Shown piece by piece: positions 63,838 to 64,000 of a stretch of DNA of 64,000 nucleotides (position 1 is the first letter of the stretch; the number at the start of each line of letters is the position of its first letter). A program made the position numbers and the translations under genes. The stretch is from a virus: the IMG/VR virus record IMGVR_UViG_3300030019_000576; one strand, 5' to 3'. The notes under the pieces were generated by a model. It saw only the letters and a program-made list of their open reading frames with translations. It did not search any database and was not told the DNA's origin.

Positions 63838-64000
63838 CTTCTATTTTTTAAAAAACAGTCATATGTTATAATATAACGATAATCTTTTGTGAAGTTCAAT
63901 TACATCATTAGGGCATACTTTTACTGCAAAATTATGAGTGTTTATAATTTTTTCTTTATTTATATTTGAATCCATTTCATACAAAAAAAAAATTTCTTTA

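Noticed and set aside
1-64000. Looked for tRNA/rRNA genes, CRISPR arrays, integrase/transposase genes, att-like direct repeats or IS elements that would mark a prophage boundary or mobile element.
   Set aside because: I saw no GC-rich cloverleaf-like islands, no regularly spaced direct repeats and no recombinase motifs. The whole window is uniformly AT-rich phage-like sequence. I cannot exclude tRNAs without a proper tRNAscan.
1-64000. Considered that the window might be a reduced-genome Bacteroidota endosymbiont chromosome (Sulcia- or Blattabacterium-like) because of the very low GC and the cellular genes (infC, dnaJ, clpP, coaE, nadR).
   Set aside because: Expanded paralogous small-gene families, HNH and RNA-ligase genes, a primase, terminator-promoter cassettes and the near-unidirectional arrays of tiny overlapping genes are phage hallmarks and are incompatible with a streamlined symbiont.

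Overview
This window is very AT-rich (about 25% GC by eye) and is packed with roughly 125 short, mostly minus-strand genes with tiny or overlapping junctions. It contains no rRNA, tRNA, CRISPR array, integrase or transposase. It reads like a segment of a large (jumbo) virulent phage rather than a cellular chromosome. The host looks like a Bacteroidota (Flavobacteriia-like) bacterium, for three reasons: encoded signal peptides end in ...YSQ or in a lipobox cysteine; the window carries a TonB-dependent receptor; and a roughly 35-nt intergenic motif matching the Bacteroidota sigma-A promoter (TTTG, about 19 nt, then TAnnTTTG) recurs at least 18 times, often directly after a hairpin terminator. 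Recognisable products are: a partial hybrid histidine kinase, IF-3, a DnaG-like primase, a Pnk-like kinase, two Rnl2-like RNA ligases (one fused to an HNH domain), an ECF-type sigma factor, a DEDDh exonuclease, two GT2 glycosyltransferases, an HNH endonuclease, a flotillin/NfeD pair with higher GC, CoaE and an HD-CoaD fusion, an RlmN/Cfr-like radical SAM enzyme, a LOG-family protein, a NadR-PnuC-TonB-receptor NAD salvage operon, a bacterial-type PARG macrodomain, two further radical SAM enzymes (one with a SPASM domain), two Cys-rich-tail precursor-like proteins, ClpP, DnaJ, an ankyrin-repeat protein and several secreted or outer-membrane-like proteins. Three paralogous small-gene families are present: 14 copies with a DKIxxIKYSRLS motif, 6-7 copies with an IDKxxGxW...DDVAY...EKIEKI pattern, and 3 copies with an LQKWLRDE motif. 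Several ORF-track N-termini are TTG-initiated over-extensions that run into the promoter motif, and I corrected those starts. The most interesting candidate systems are the NAD+/ADP-ribose toolkit (NR uptake and conversion, PARG, LOG/NDT-like), the CoA completion pair, and a putative radical-SAM-modified Cys-rich peptide locus.
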